The notes under the pieces were generated by a model, which was not told where the DNA came from, did not search any database, and saw only the letters and a program-made list of their open reading frames with translations. 64,000 bases of DNA from Curvularia clavata. Taxonomy: Eukaryota. This document shows, piece after piece, positions 1 through 13,218 of the stretch. The stretch is from positions 3,038,001-3,102,000 of the forward strand of contig CP089278.1 in NCBI GenBank assembly GCA_023920165.1, given 5' to 3'. Made by a program: the position numbers and the translations under genes. How positions within the stretch are numbered: the first letter of the stretch is position 1; every line of letters begins with the position of its first letter.

Positions 1-2
1 AC

Positions 3-11
3 CTGAGCCAT
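3..11 (-). CDS. Probable first coding exon (Met-Ala-Gln) of an unidentified gene continuing off the left edge; 5'UTR intron at 117-325
   Basis: The minus strand reads ccgATGGCTCAG|gt at the window edge. Upstream lies a clean intron, CAG|GTACAG (325) ... TGCTAAC ... CCAG (117), within a pyrimidine-rich leader reaching about 600. Confidence 0.45.
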
Positions 12-1140
12 CGGTGGCCTTTTTGGGGGTACGGCAGTGATGATGAGGAGCTCGATCTGTATCGGCCTAGGGCTGGTTGGCGGCAGTGGCAGCGAGCGAG
101 AGAAGCAAGAGAAAATCTGGACGAGACGATTGTGTTAGCATGGTGGTCGGAGGGTGCGAACAGATGGCGGGTGGTGGAGAGAGGTGGAGTGAGGGCAGGG
201 TCGCAGGACGGAGGGCGGGCTGGTGGAGGCCAGGAAGGGAGCGGGATCAAGGGAGGCGGCATGGGAGGAGCCGCCTTGGAGGAGGTTGTGGGCGGCAGAG
301 GCGGGCTTCAAAGGAGGAGCTGTACCTGGGATGAAAGGAAACGGGAGAAAGTATTAAACGGGTACGTGGAAAGAAACGTCGTCGTCGTCGAGCGCTGGGG
401 AAGGCTGTCGTGAATTCGACGGAGATGGCAGCGTGTACCAAGCCTCCCGAGCAGACCCTCAGGCGTGCATTGGTCGAAGTACTGGGGTGGGTCGTCTGCT
501 GCTGGAAACGACGAGGGATTCAAGAAGCAAGCAGAAAAGGAAAAGAATAGAGTGAGTGTCTTTGGAGGTTAGGGTTGGCGGTCGCGGTGAAGAGTTGAGG
601 TTGTCAGGCAAAGGGGCCGCACTAGTCTGGGAGCACGCACGGGCGCGGTGCTAGGAGAGACTCAATTAGCTACTCACGCCAGACGACAACGGGGCATGTT
701 GGCCTTGGTCTGCTCTCCACGGTGCCACGGCCACTGTCACGGTTGCGCTCACGGTCACGGGCTCCGTCGTCAGGGGGTGCCTGCGAGAGTATTTGGGTGC
801 AGCCGTGCCTTTTGGGCGGACGCCGTGGTTTGGGGCCTGGGGCTGCCTGAGGCCACGGGCGGCCTGCTTACGTAGCCTCTAGAGCAGTGTGTTTACGCGC
901 GTGCATGGCATTTAACCAGCCATGGAGCCGATCGCCCGTTGTGCTTGATCTGCCTCGGAGACGTTAAGAAAAAGAAGCATGGAGTTTCCGGCACTCTGCC
1001 TGCCATGGCATGGCAGCTTCACTCGCAACCCTGGCTGCGCCCCCTCCCCCCCGGCTATGTGCTCGGGCGCTGCCGGCGCAGCAAAACAAAAAGGCGGCCT
1101 GGCTACGCTTTTGGCCTTGTCTGCGACTGTTGTTGCCACC

Positions 1141-1158
1141 GCTGCTGCTGCTGCTGCT
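1141..1158. repeat. (GCT)6 microsatellite
   Basis: gctgctgctgctgctgct read directly. Confidence 0.9.
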
Positions 1159-1279
1159 CCGAGACTTGTACCCTGGCGCTTCGGAAGCTTCTGGCTGCAC
1201 GGCAACGGCACACTGCAGAGGGCGACGACGGGCCACTGTGACGGTCGCAGGCAATATGCCGAAGCACCGAGGCAGAGGA

Positions 1280-1311
1280 GCGCAGAGCAGCGCAGAGCAG
1301 CGCAGAGCAGC
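1280..1311. repeat. Tandem repeat (GCGCAGAGCA)x3
   Basis: gcgcagagca gcgcagagca gcgcagagca gc read directly. Confidence 0.85.
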
Positions 1312-4300
1312 ATCCTCTGGCGCAGTTGACGCGCCCGAATGCCATGTCCCAGGGTCTGCAGGCCGAGGATGGAGCTTGAGCGAGGTGGGAGGACGGGATG
1401 GAATTTGTGCCGTGCCAGGGAGTCTGTGGGTGGGGATGCAGCGCGCTGGCGAATGGCAGCGTGATTTGACGCGTGAAGGCCAAGCAAATACGACGCGATC
1501 TGGTAAACACTCTGGGAATGGCTCTCGAGGACAGCCAATGCCCAGAGGGCGGCCGGGGCGACCCACTCGACGCATCTGCGGCTGAGCGTTTGCAGCAACG
1601 GATGAATGGCCGCGGATGCGTCAAGTCGCTGATAAGACGGCCGGACCCCGCTTGTACTGTTCGTACAGAGACAAGGCAATGCCGTTGCCGTCCGTTGGCC
1701 GCTGGAATTGGGAGCACATGTTCACAGGGTCTGCCATACATGCGACTCCATGCATACACACCCTGCCCTGCCCTGCAACCCACCATAACACACGATACTA
1801 CGTACAATCCTTGCCCCTATTCTTGCTACTGCTGCTGCTGTCGCTGCTCGATGCACACTCTCGCCGCCCGATGCTCTTCCCACGCCCGTGTCCGCCAAGC
1901 CGTGTGGGGAAGCCAGCCAACGAGCACGCTGGCGACTGTGAGATGAGGCTTGTTTGATTTGCATGCATTGCACATGCCGTCATTTCCTGTCAAATGAAGC
2001 TGCAATCAGTGCGAAACCCGCCGTCTCTCCCCCGACCACCTCGAGCATGTCCTTCAGCTGCCCTCGGTCGTCTTGCAACCGCGCCCACTGTAAAAAGTGC
2101 TGTCGTTGTTGCACCACTCATGGCGTGCCCCACCTTCCCACCGACCATGACGCGATCGCTCCCCTTCCGTTTTCGGCTGCCAGGCCAATCGCTGCCTTCG
2201 CTTCTCTATCCCGCCGCCTTACATCTACTACACACAACTAGCAACCTCTCGCAACCACTCTTTGCCCTCGCTACCACTCAACAACCATCCCGCCAACCCA
2301 TCTAGTCTGCTGCAATCGCTTGTCGCATCGCTAGCTGTCCACACGGGCGGGACACGGCACGTAATCGGTCCACGTCCTATCCCGCCCTGCCGATTCCGTT
2401 ACCTACAAAGTACCACCGCTAGACCTCGGGCTGTGTCGATGAGCGCTGCGACTCATGATGCGTACATGTACAAAGTAAGCGCACGACTTTTGTCCCATAC
2501 AGCTGCCCGAGCACCACCGCTTGCCTGTCACTCGCTTCACAGCCCTAGCGTCGACTGGCTGCCACCATCTGCCTCATGTCTGCCCACTCCATCTCTTCCG
2601 ATAGGCTCATCGAGCAAACTTAGTTCCCGTTTCGACTCTGAATACACGTTTCCTCTAGCTGACCACTCCATTGTGCGCCTTGGCTCGTTACCCGTTCAAC
2701 GCTAGAGCTTTCTCAACCCTTTTCGGACACTAACCAACCCTCACCCACCAACCACCTTTTCTATTCTCCTACCCGTCTGATGCTCCCATGGGCCAGCTGC
2801 TGTCTAGACCTCCCAGCTCGCTTCACCGATCTCCACGCTGCCGCCATTAGCGCTGTATCGACAAGCTTCGTCAAACTTTAGCTAGTACCCGTCTCGAACT
2901 GCTGTTCGGTTATCTTGCTACAGCAACCCGTGCCTGGTTTCACAGCTTGCCAACAGCAACGTGAGTTGTTCGAACCAGTCTGGCCGCTTATTCGTCTTAG
3001 AAACAACGCCGTACAGCAGGTCGTCCAATCAGCACCAACAAATGTCCCTAACCGACAATTCTGCAAACTTCAGCTGTTGCACTAGGCAGTGTGGTCAGAA
3101 ATGACGCAGATTCCTCCTCTTAGCATTGCCCTTTTCAAACACACCTACACAACTCCTACGCCTCTGACAATCCGATTCAGTGGGGTACCGTCCCGCTCCC
3201 GACGCCTTCTTTCGTGACCCTGACTCTCTACCATTACCCAACAAGACGTCATCCCCGCAATGTTGAAAAGCCACCACAGATCAAGCATTGAGCTACGACC
3301 ATGTCCATACCCATAGTTTTGGTACAAGTCGTTTCAGACGTCGCATCATGGATGGCGCTTCGTGATCTACGAGGCCCATGTGTGTGTATCACAGCTAACC
3401 ACCGCTGAATGACGCGTGACAAGCACTCTAGGCCCTTTGGACAACCGGCTTTCCAGCTCGGCATCGTCCCAACAGCAGATACTGTACCTAGTCGCGCCCG
3501 CGCCATCGATCTGAAACGCGGCACATCGCAAACTCGGAGTGGGGCTCGCGCTTCTTAGCTCTGCTATTATTATGATTCTTTTTGCAGATCAGCCGTCCCC
3601 ATTGTCCTTATCACCCCTCTTAAGCAGTCGGTCGTTTTTGGAACGGCGACTAAGTTTGCAACCTGACCATGTCGCGTATAATCGCCGTGACGTGTTTCAA
3701 GGCTGGTCGGAACCGAGTAGTAGCCCACATTGTGCCGTTGTCATTGAAAAAGTAAGAGGCAGGTACGCCCACACAAAACATGAGGACCAACAAAAAAGCT
3801 AGTGCCCAAACGTGCACCAAGTGAGAATCGTGAATTACAACGTAGAATCGTGAATCACAAGGCACATCAAACGGCAGCTGGGAATAAAAACAAAAAAATT
3901 ATCAAAAAAGAGAATGCGAAGCCCATGGGGATCTGCGTTGAATCTGTTAGTAACATGGATCGAAAGTGCGGTGTCCAGGTGAAAATGCTTACCGAACCCA
4001 CAACCTTTGGTGTATCAGACCTAGAAGCCGAAAACCAACGCGCTACCATTGCGCCAAGGCTCCTATTTAGGAAACATTGAAAACTGTTGTCAATTACAGC
4101 TGCTATATACTCTTCAAAAAGACGCTGGCATCATCGGCGCCCCGACTTTTTTAGTTTTTTTCTGTGTTTCGACACACGTACGCGAAAAAGAAAATACTGA
4201 ATCCACATTGGACAAGATTCTGCAGTCAAGACCCACTACAACGCATGGTCTAGCCCAAAGGCTACATCTGTATGTACGTACGGACAGCTATGCGAAATGC

Positions 4301-7139
4301 AGTCCCATGTCAGTGTCAGCCAGCCCCACGTTTTACGGCCCCATAGGAATACATGTGTGTGTCTGTACATAGTTGCTGGTTCTGCGCAAGGGGGAATTTA
4401 TTCCACCATCCGTCAAGCTGAACTGACTTGTGCGGCCAGGTCCGTGGTCTCGCTCGCCTAACCCCGGCCCACTCTTCTCCTTGGTCAGTACTGCATGTCG
4501 ACCAACTGTTCGTTTTTAAGGTTCGGTTATATAAGATGTCGCGGTGGGTATAAAGACTGATATTCACAAGTGCATGAGAACAGAAATTCATATTATCCAT
4601 ACACAGGTCATACCATGCAAGGGACGCATTGAACAATAACTACACTAGTAGATTTAGTCTTCCAAAACCTCAATATCCAACATTTGTGAATTTCTGATGT
4701 GCACTCGCTTGGCATGGTCAACTGCAACATCCGAGACATTCTTGCGGTCTAGAAGCCGTGTCCGCGTCACCCACGACACCGGAATATTTCTGTTGAGAGC
4801 ATAATGTCTCCAATCAGAACGCAGTATGGATCAAAGAAAAAGTCAGAATAGAATGCATCTGGACGCGTAAACATACATGCGCATTGCAGCCCATCTACAT
4901 ATCTCGGTCCCTGATTCGATGGCGGCATCGAAATGGGGAATATGTTGCCTTATGCGGCAGCCACGTGGGAGGGATTTTTTCAGTAACGCTCCCCACTGTG
5001 CGTCATGTCCGGGATTTAGATGACATCCTAATGTACAAAGTAAGACACTGAACTCGCAGAATCTAGACCGAACTAGAACAACGACCTTGCATCGTTTCTG
5101 CTCTCACGCTGTCATATATACATAGTAAACACTTCTCTATCAACCTCAATCATTAGAGACTACCCGCGGAGCAGCACCATGACTGTTGAATGGCTCCCCG
5201 GAATACTATTTAATCGAAACCAAACACCGGTCATGAAATCATGGAACCACTTCCTCTGGACCAAGCTGGAATGTAAAAAACCATCTTGTGCATGGTGTTG
5301 AGAAGCCACATGGGCCACTTCCAACATCCTTAACCGAACTATGTCTAAGACACCGTTGTCCCGCGGCACATAGCTCCACTCATCGATGGCATCATGTCTC
5401 ACTTCAGAATTCGGTAATCAGTTCGGTAAAGCGTATCCTTACGCGTCATAGATACGGCTACACATATTGCCACTCAGCATCCGGCTAGAATTGGACAGGA
5501 TAGTGCTGAGTGGAAGACAATCGCCAATCCTAACAAGCTCCAATGAAACCTTTCTTTGGCCTCCTGTCTCGGTGACGTTACACCCGTGACACACGCACGT
5601 TGGCTGTAATACACTACATCATACAATTCCGCAACTTTTCATGTGCACCATCCTCAATCCCTGCTATCACAATCACACAATCACATGCTAATAACACAGA
5701 AAATATCAGATGGCTGTGGAAATTATAGCTATATAAAAAATTGTGTGAGAATGTAAGTTCTGGGGTATGTAAACAAGTCAGCCATGAACTTTCTCTTTAA
5801 CTCAACAACTATCTTCTCCAAAAATTAGCACTCCAAGTGTCAGCATCTAGTTGACAAAAACATGTTAACACAAAGTGACTCTTCTCCACACAAGCCCTAA
5901 CCAACTAAAGTCCAGAGTAACCCACGTTTGAATACGTTTGCAATATGTTAGATACACGGCTTCTTTAACAGATACAAACACATATAAGCATACATGTCCG
6001 CCATCTATTTCTCATATCTTCAATCATACAATACTACTATCAGATTCCCAAAAGGCGTCTTCAAAGCTCGTGGTACTCTTGTGGCGGATACACTTGGCCT
6101 GGCGATGGATCGCTTATTCAACAAACCTGTGGCAGATACAGCGTCCTGATGAATTATGATATTCGTAATACAATCTCTCATCTTGTAGTATACGGTGTAT
6201 CTTGCGTATCCATGCCTTCTTCAACAAAGGCTTCCGGTCTTGTTAGACAATGCCGCACCGAGTGCGGGAACAAGGCCAGCATTGCCAACTGGACGCAAGA
6301 CCTCTTCAAAATTGCGATCATGAATAACTATGCATCGTATAATTTAATAGCCTCACCACTAGCCATCACATACACTATTCCTTTCCTCACTCCCTGATCC
6401 TCATTCTTGATCCAACGATACATACCGCGTCTCCGCACAATTCCTAGCGGCATGCGCTCTCCGGCCAAATACAACGATGTCACTCGAAGACTCGACATGG
6501 AATTCAGCGGCATACGTATCTCCTGCTGGAAGGCACCATGGGTGTCCGTGATGTCCATTGTTTGCCCCCAATGGGGTTAGCGCGAGAGGGTTGTATAGCA
6601 GGCACGGAGGACTACCCACCCAACTCAATCCACCTCTACTATCTACTCTCTTTGACGCCTGCGACGGCGCGGATTCATCTATGTGGTGCTATCTTTAACA
6701 AAACCACGGCAATCGATCAGTTCTGAAGCTGAATCGTCTTGTCGAATTGCTCGAGCATCAGCACCTAGACGAGCTTCGACCACGACGCTTTTACTGGTCT
6801 GAGTGCATTACGCACCTGGTCAAACTTGAACCAAAACGCTCTTGCTAGACCGAGAGTGCCCATGCTCCACAGCACCACGGCTATTTCACTCGACATCCAA
6901 TCGGGTTTAAAGAGGACAATGAAGAGGAAAGCAGGACCTGAGTAGCTGAGGAGAACACCTGAGAGCTATCGCCCGCCTCATTTTCTCTTCTCTGCCTCCT
7001 TTGGCATCTCAGTTTTTCACGTTCCCAGTCACCAGGCACTTTATGTTTCTGAATCCCGTACCTAACTTGGCTTCTCTCCTGATTTTCTCCGACAATCATG
7101 GACCAGTCTTTCACTCTCTGGTTCCCACAAGGCTTTGCA

Positions 7140-7453
7140 ATGTTTAGAACGATCTGTTCGATCCTGGCTCTTGTCCTGGCTCTTACTGTCGCATGCGAAC
7201 CGGACAAGAATACATCTCACCTAGAGGACCTGATGAAGAAAGTTCGAATGGTTGTCAGAAATACAGCACGACTCAACAAGTCACTCGTCGAAAAAGGCAG
7301 CAACTGTATAAACGCCGCTGTAGACCAAGATTTCGTAGACAGCCTGGGATCTGAGCAAGAATATTGAGATGCTGGTAGATGAAGTTCGTGAAACTCGCAA
7401 AGCTATTGGGGTGAGCTCGCCAATACATTTGAATCTTGATATACAGTTGTAAT
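7140..7453 (+). pseudogene. Possible degenerate small secreted-protein gene
   Basis: Signal-peptide-like start MFRTICSILALVLALTVAC. After an apparent frameshift in the A-run near 7291, a second frame continues with protein-like sequence (AWDLSKNIEMLVDEVRETRKAIG) but is interrupted by TAA/TAG/TAG. Confidence 0.3.
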
Positions 7454-7953
7454 AACATGCTATAGGGTGTAGGACAACTCGAATTAGCGACAACTGCGAT
7501 CACGGAAACATCTTGGCATTCTTGCGTGATCGTGGCTTAGTGTTATCACGACATTGATGAAGTTAGGTTGGATTTTATCAATCGACGATAACAAGCTTCG
7601 TTTGATTTTGCATTTGTGATATCACTGATATTACAAACAGAATTAACGTCCGCGTTACCTGTTAGTCCATGGAAGCGGCAATGTTTCTTCGTAACAAGAC
7701 CAGCATCGTTTTCTCACTAACATGTCCAGTAGCGTATCGTCTGGCATGTGTCGATCAGTGCTTCTCCGAATTATAATTGGCCCGGCCTGTTCGAGGTATG
7801 GTGCCGCCGAGGTGGGGTACTCTTTTCCACTAGGTCGACACATGGATATGGACAGCTTGACTAAGATACCTATTCAAAATATGAAGGTCACAGTGACTTC
7901 CTCACTCATCGAAACAAGCAGCTCCTGTCTGTTTTCAATTCCGATCAAACACA

Positions 7954-8046
7954 GCATCGGTGGTTTAGTGGTAAAATTAGCCGTTGCCATTCATCTTCTT
8001 GATGAGCGACGTCGGCTAGCCCCGGGTTCGATTCCCGGCCGATGCA
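7954..8046 (+). tRNA. tRNA-Gly(GCC) with 22-nt intron (7990-8011)
   Basis: GCATCGG/CCGATGC acceptor stem, D-arm GTTTAGTGGTAAAAT, anticodon stem AGCCG/CGGCT with loop TT-GCC-A^T, T-arm CCGGG-TTCGATT-CCCGG. Mature length is 71 nt, followed by a TTTTTT Pol III terminator. Confidence 0.97.
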
Positions 8047-8507
8047 TTTTTTGCAATTGTGGCTCCTCTGCAAGACGGTAGAATGTGAATTGCATGTTCA
8101 CCCTGATGGGTTCTTTTTGTTCAGGTCGGGGTGGGCGAGGTATTCGCTGGTTAAAAGGTTTTAGATAGAATGGAGACATGTTGAAAATCGTCCTAGTAAT
8201 AGGAGTATTTCTGGGGGATACAGGTTTCGACGAACGTTTTTCATGTGAGGCAACTACGTAGTATTCAAACGTTACTTTTTATCATTTCACTCTGAGTTGT
8301 AGTTGCCACATCTGCTTAATGTCAAATATTTTTGCCGAAACTAGTATGTAGTATCTGAATTATAGCTCTTGAAACTGATGTATGTGATTTGTTTATCAAC
8401 AACCCTTCAAAGAGAGAAAAATCCACAAGGAACGAGATAAGCTCATAGATGCAGAATACCAATACTTTACTCTCATCTCTCCATAGTCTATCACCTCCCC
8501 CTTATCC

Positions 8508-9424
8508 CTAATCATACTTCCTCACCGGCCTCCCCTTCTCCGCCTGCTCGCACAACCCCCTCTTTGGCAACTTGTCCAACCAGCCCTCCTCCCTCTTCAC
8601 ATACCCAACCTTGCGATACGGCTTCCCCTTATCACCCCTAAACAACTTATGCCAGCCCTCCAAGCCCTCTACAACCTGCTTCTTCGCATTCCTCAGCTCC
8701 TGCGCATGCCTATTCTTCAGCTCACCACTGCTCAGCTTCTTCCTCTTTGCCGCCTTTTCCATCTCGACGGCGCGCTCTTCCGGCGTCAGCGACGCTTTTT
8801 CCTCTGGGTCAACAGGCATGTACATTTGCTCGACGCCGCGGAGATCCGGGACCGAGTCTTCTGCGAAACAGCCGGTTAGAAAGGCGCGCGCGGCGTCTTT
8901 GCCGGCGAAGAAGTGGTACGAGCCGCCGGGGCCGTAGGTCGTGGGCGAGATGGACACGTCGTAGATTGTGCCGTTGAGGGCGAGGTAGATGGGCTTTTTG
9001 GGGTCGGAGCCGTCGTAGAGAGCGAGTTCAGCGTCGGTGAGAACGACTTCGCCTTGCTGTTGTGGAGGAGTTGGCATTAGCACCTTTTTCCTTGCGTTGA
9101 GGGTCGATTCGAGGAGTTACGTACCATTAGACTCTTCCATTCTCGCGCTCGTGTCCACCATGGGTTGTAGCCCCAGGTCATGCTCTCGCCGCTGGTGCTG
9201 AGATAGCTCAGACCGCAGCTGAGTAGTACAAGGCCGCCTAGGATACGCAGGACGTCGAGGACAGACAGGCCGTTTGATGTGGCTTCGGCTTGCTCCTTGA
9301 CGGCCTGCTTGAGCTCCGCTTTCTCCTTTGCGGCGGTCAAATCCGGAACTCCAGCAGATGACGTGGTCGCATCTGTGGACGCATTGTCTTTTGCGGGACG
9401 ACGGTACCGCTGCGACGAGGACAT
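8508..9424 (-). CDS. Membrane-anchored cytochrome b5-like heme/steroid-binding protein (MAPR family); intron 9057-9124
   Basis: N-terminal TM helix (VLRILGGLVLLSCGLSYL), then LALYDGSDPKKPIYLALNGTIYDVS...YGPGGSYHFFAGKDAARAFLTGCF. A GTACGT..GCTAAT..CAG intron joins the two ORFs in frame. Confidence 0.92.
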
Positions 9425-10147
9425 GGTGGTGGGTGTTGATAGTGATGGGGTTATGGACTTGCGCAAGTCTGCTGGGGAGACGCGGAGTTAAAAACCGATG
9501 ATCTTAACTACGCAATCTTAAATTCACTGTTAGCTTTTACGCGGTCTTGGAACTAGAAGCGCAAGAAAGGGAGACAGGTAGACAAAATACCATACCTGTT
9601 CACAACCGACCCTCTGTTGAACAGCACTGCACATATGGCAAGCTGCTCAAGTCCAAAAGCGAAATGCTTGTTCCCCCAGGCCAAAAGCTAATCTAGCAAA
9701 ACTTTACAAAGACGTGTCCGCAAGGCTTGAAAACGGTAAATGCGCGCGTAATGCCGAGGAAATAGATTGCATGCGTGGTGTAGGTCTGTCGGAAGTAACG
9801 CACATCCTGGTTCCGATGATTGGGCCGTTCGCTCCGGAATCCCGGCTGATGTCATTTGGCCAATGCTCTTTTCCTATGCGACAAACGTTGTGTGGGGAGA
9901 GATTCATTACAACTTGGACTTGAATTATACGGGTACACGAAATCGACAAAAATGCATCTTATATGGACATGTCTGGGGCGCAACCTCAATTAAGCGCTGT
10001 TCTCAAGTATTTCCTATCATACAAGTACACGACATTCCTCGATCCTAACCATACCCGTCAAACGCTCATCGTGGTAATCAATGCCATCCAATATGTACAG
10101 CAACTCTGCAATACCTTCCATCTCATGTCCAGACGTCAGCGTCAGAA

Positions 10148-12089
10148 TCATTGGTCCAAAACGTCGTGAATGTTACGAATCTCGACCTGTGCCTCTCTGT
10201 CGCTCTTTGGGAAGACTTGCTTCAAACCGGCCTGGAAGACTCCAACGTTGTAGTCGATGAGAGCCTTCTTCTCTGCTGGGTTGTCTTGGCCCATTATGCA
10301 CACTAGCGCGAGATACCTGTCAAGAGTCAATACACACAATCGTCAAATATACTCATGTTAAGACTTACTTGTTAATTTCTCGCAGGTAGAGGTACCGGCT
10401 GTTCTTCTTCTCCATGGTGATCAAGCTTTCGGCGTCGTTGTTGCCCATCTCGCTTTCATTGTCTCCATCATCCGGCCGGTCCCAGCCATAAATCTCGCTG
10501 ACATCAATGACCACGTCGATGTAGTCAGAGCAGATCTCGTAGCTGCCGATATCCGTGGGGCTCGTGTCAGTTGCAATGTAAATCTTGCTCATGATGTCAA
10601 AGAGATAGGCCTTCTCGATATTGCAAGCTCCGCACAGGTTGTTGAGCAATGCCTCGAGGGTGGGTAGTTGGGGAATGAGCTTTTGAATGACTTTACTGAA
10701 GGCCTCGAAGATGGACTGGTCGTAGATGGATGTCTGGTAGAAGGATATAGGCGCTTGCTCATAGCCGTGATCCGAGAGTTCGTCTTGTACTCGTTGAATG
10801 ATGTCGCGGAACGTGTCACCGCGGAAGTCATCTGATAGTCCGTCGACTTTGTGAACAAATACCTCGACATTGATGTTTGGATATGATTGTTGCAAGTTAA
10901 GAATCGTCATGTTGAGCCGGGCAATGGCATCGAGATACTCGTCTTGTGCATCAATGACCCAGATTAGAGCTCCGATTTCTTCAAAGATGTTGTCGGTATC
11001 GAAAGCTGGATCAAAGTAGTCGAGGTGGCCTGGAAGATCCCATACTTGGAAGTCCATGAAGGAGCTATTTTGTTCAATCAGAACAAAAACATACAGTATC
11101 CAGAAGCGACTTACTGCATGGACTCCTTCTTGATCCTGTAGGTGGTCTCTAGGTACAAGGTCTCACTTGGTGGGAGCTTGTGGAAAACGACACTTGATAT
11201 CGACGACTTTCCACTCCTGTGACGTGGTTAGCCTCGAAACTATAGTGCACTCAACAAAGACTTACCTTCGCTGCCCCATGAGCAGCAGTCGGGGTTTGCC
11301 ATCTCCGGCTTTGCTGTTGGGCACGCGACCCGTGTGGTACTGGGGCGAAAAGTCAACCGGCGGTTGTTCGGCGTTCGGCAAGTCCTGTAAGAAGCGATCC
11401 ATCGTTAACTGTGCACTTGGCTTGAGAAACGATGAGCTAGCTGAAGTCTGGTTTTTTTCTCCGCCGCTCTCCCGCGTGATATTGCGCGCCGCGTCGACGG
11501 CTGCCGAGCGTTGCTGGGAAAGGAAACGGCTCTCCATGGTGGTGTAAAAGTAGTGGTGGTTATACAGGGTATATGGCTGAAGAAAACACAAGTTGCGCCA
11601 ACAAAACGGGTATCGTGAGTGCAGAAAGCGCCGAACCGGAAAGAAAAAAAAAAACTGGCAAAGGATTACAAAGCGGCCGCTTCCACTATCAGCTCAGCGG
11701 ACGGGCATTTGCGCGGTGAAGCGTGGTACTGTGAAGATGGCAGCCACGCTGCGACGATGGGTAGCACGCAGCCCGAAGAGGAAAGCCACGAGGGACCGTC
11801 GGCTCGTACAAGAGGCGAGGCTGGATGGAAAGCGACAGGTCACTCAGGCGCCCACTGGCGATGTTCTACAAGAGTGACGGGCCCCAAGGCAATTGACACG
11901 GAGCCGAGGGTACAAGAAGGGGAGCTCAGGCCATGGTACAAACGCGCATAGGGCTGGAGGATGGAGAGTCGCGGCGCCACAGGCACACACGTGGCTGGGA
12001 CGGGACGATGCGAGGGCGAGACGGAGACGACAAGAGACCACGTGGGAGAAGAGGCGGAGTGGACGAGGAAAAGATGGGCTTACCTCCAT
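10148..12089 (-). CDS. GTR2: Rag family GTPase Gtr2 (RagC/D), multi-exon; start uncertain (12089 via long intron, or 11537)
   Basis: [17 protein letters not shown]-loop, [45 protein letters not shown] and C-terminal roadblock domain ([20 protein letters not shown]). The candidate first exon is accATGGAG|GTAAGC at 12089. Confidence 0.95.
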
Positions 12090-12739
12090 GGTTATACGGC
12101 GATGGTGTAGCGGCTCTGCGAAGGTGCGCACGGTGATGATGGTCTGTAGGCCCGAGCCTCGCGATACCCTTTGTTCCTTGACCCTGGCGGTGTTGGCCCG
12201 GTGCCCAACCTGATTTCCACGCCTCGGCCCAGATACGCTCTCTTGCACACAGTGGCCTGCTCTCAATCGACGCGTACAACAGGCGTCATGCAGCCGCAAT
12301 GCTAGTCGGAACCGCCCGTCGTTGGTGCTTCCAAGCCGACGAGGCCGGGTCGGCAGGGATGCCTCTCAGCGGAAGCCGGGCCCTGGAATGTCTCCGGGCA
12401 CGCGAGTCGAATAAGTCAGGACTGCTGATAAGAAGCCGTGGTGGCGTGACTCCAACGCCGTGGGAACGGTGGCAGAAGGATGGGAAGAGTGTCATTGCAC
12501 CACGACGGTTGGGTCGCCTGCATCTAGTCGCTCGCCGCCATCTTGGCTCAAAGCAGCAAGATCTTCAGGCACCCTTCCGCTCTCTCCAACATCAACGGCC
12601 TCCGGCGCCCACAGCCTGTCTACGCCCGCTCAGTGCAATGTCGACACCCGCGTCAGCCCAACCTGAGTCAGAGCTGACGACCGCCGTCGTGGCAGACCAG
12701 GATTGCTTCCATTTGGTCTTTGCGGATATCCATCCGTTG

Positions 12740-12758
12740 CCGCCGCCGCCGCCGCCGC
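12740..12758. repeat. (GCC)6 microsatellite
   Basis: gccgccgccgccgccgccg read directly. Confidence 0.9.
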
Positions 12759-13218
12759 AACGTCACACTGCGCTGCCGAAACTCCCTGGGAGCGCCATGG
12801 TAGGGGCTCGTCTGCCCTACTCAGTATGCTAGTAGCCCTGTATAGTGCACTTGTAGTCATGGGAGCCCAAGCACAAAAGAAACGAGCGGAAAAACAAACA
12901 AACTTTGGCATTTACACCGATCACACCAAGGGCATGTGTCTGCTCATCACAGTGAAAATCCAGATCCTCCCAAGCACAATGTTTGTCTTTGAATAGCATC
13001 GTATTTGCTAAGTTTCAGAAAGCAATATCAAATGCAACCCGGCGATCCGGTCCGTGGCTACCAAATCAGAAAACTAAAACTGGTGCTTGCCAATCTCCAT
13101 AAATCGATCACTCAAACACCTGCCACCACCGTTCCCCCAATGGGACTCCGTCCAAACGCCACAGACATGGGATCGTTGTTCATCGTCAATCATGCAAGCC
13201 AACTACCTTCCGGAACTG

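Noticed and set aside
567..578. Telomere-like GGTTAGGGTT (similar short matches near 22722 and 56082) as a telomerase RNA template or interstitial telomere
   Set aside because: Isolated 1.5-unit matches in promoter or UTR contexts of protein genes, with no pseudoknot or CR4/5 context visible.
912..2705. Many overlapping 100-255 aa ORFs on both strands
   Set aside because: GC-rich sequence with microsatellites; Cys/Arg/Ala-biased translations with no domain or splice support, so likely spurious.
11844..12996. ORFs of 100-177 aa between GTR2 and the membrane protein
   Set aside because: Low-complexity GC-rich translations; the region is better explained as GTR2 intron, leader and promoter.
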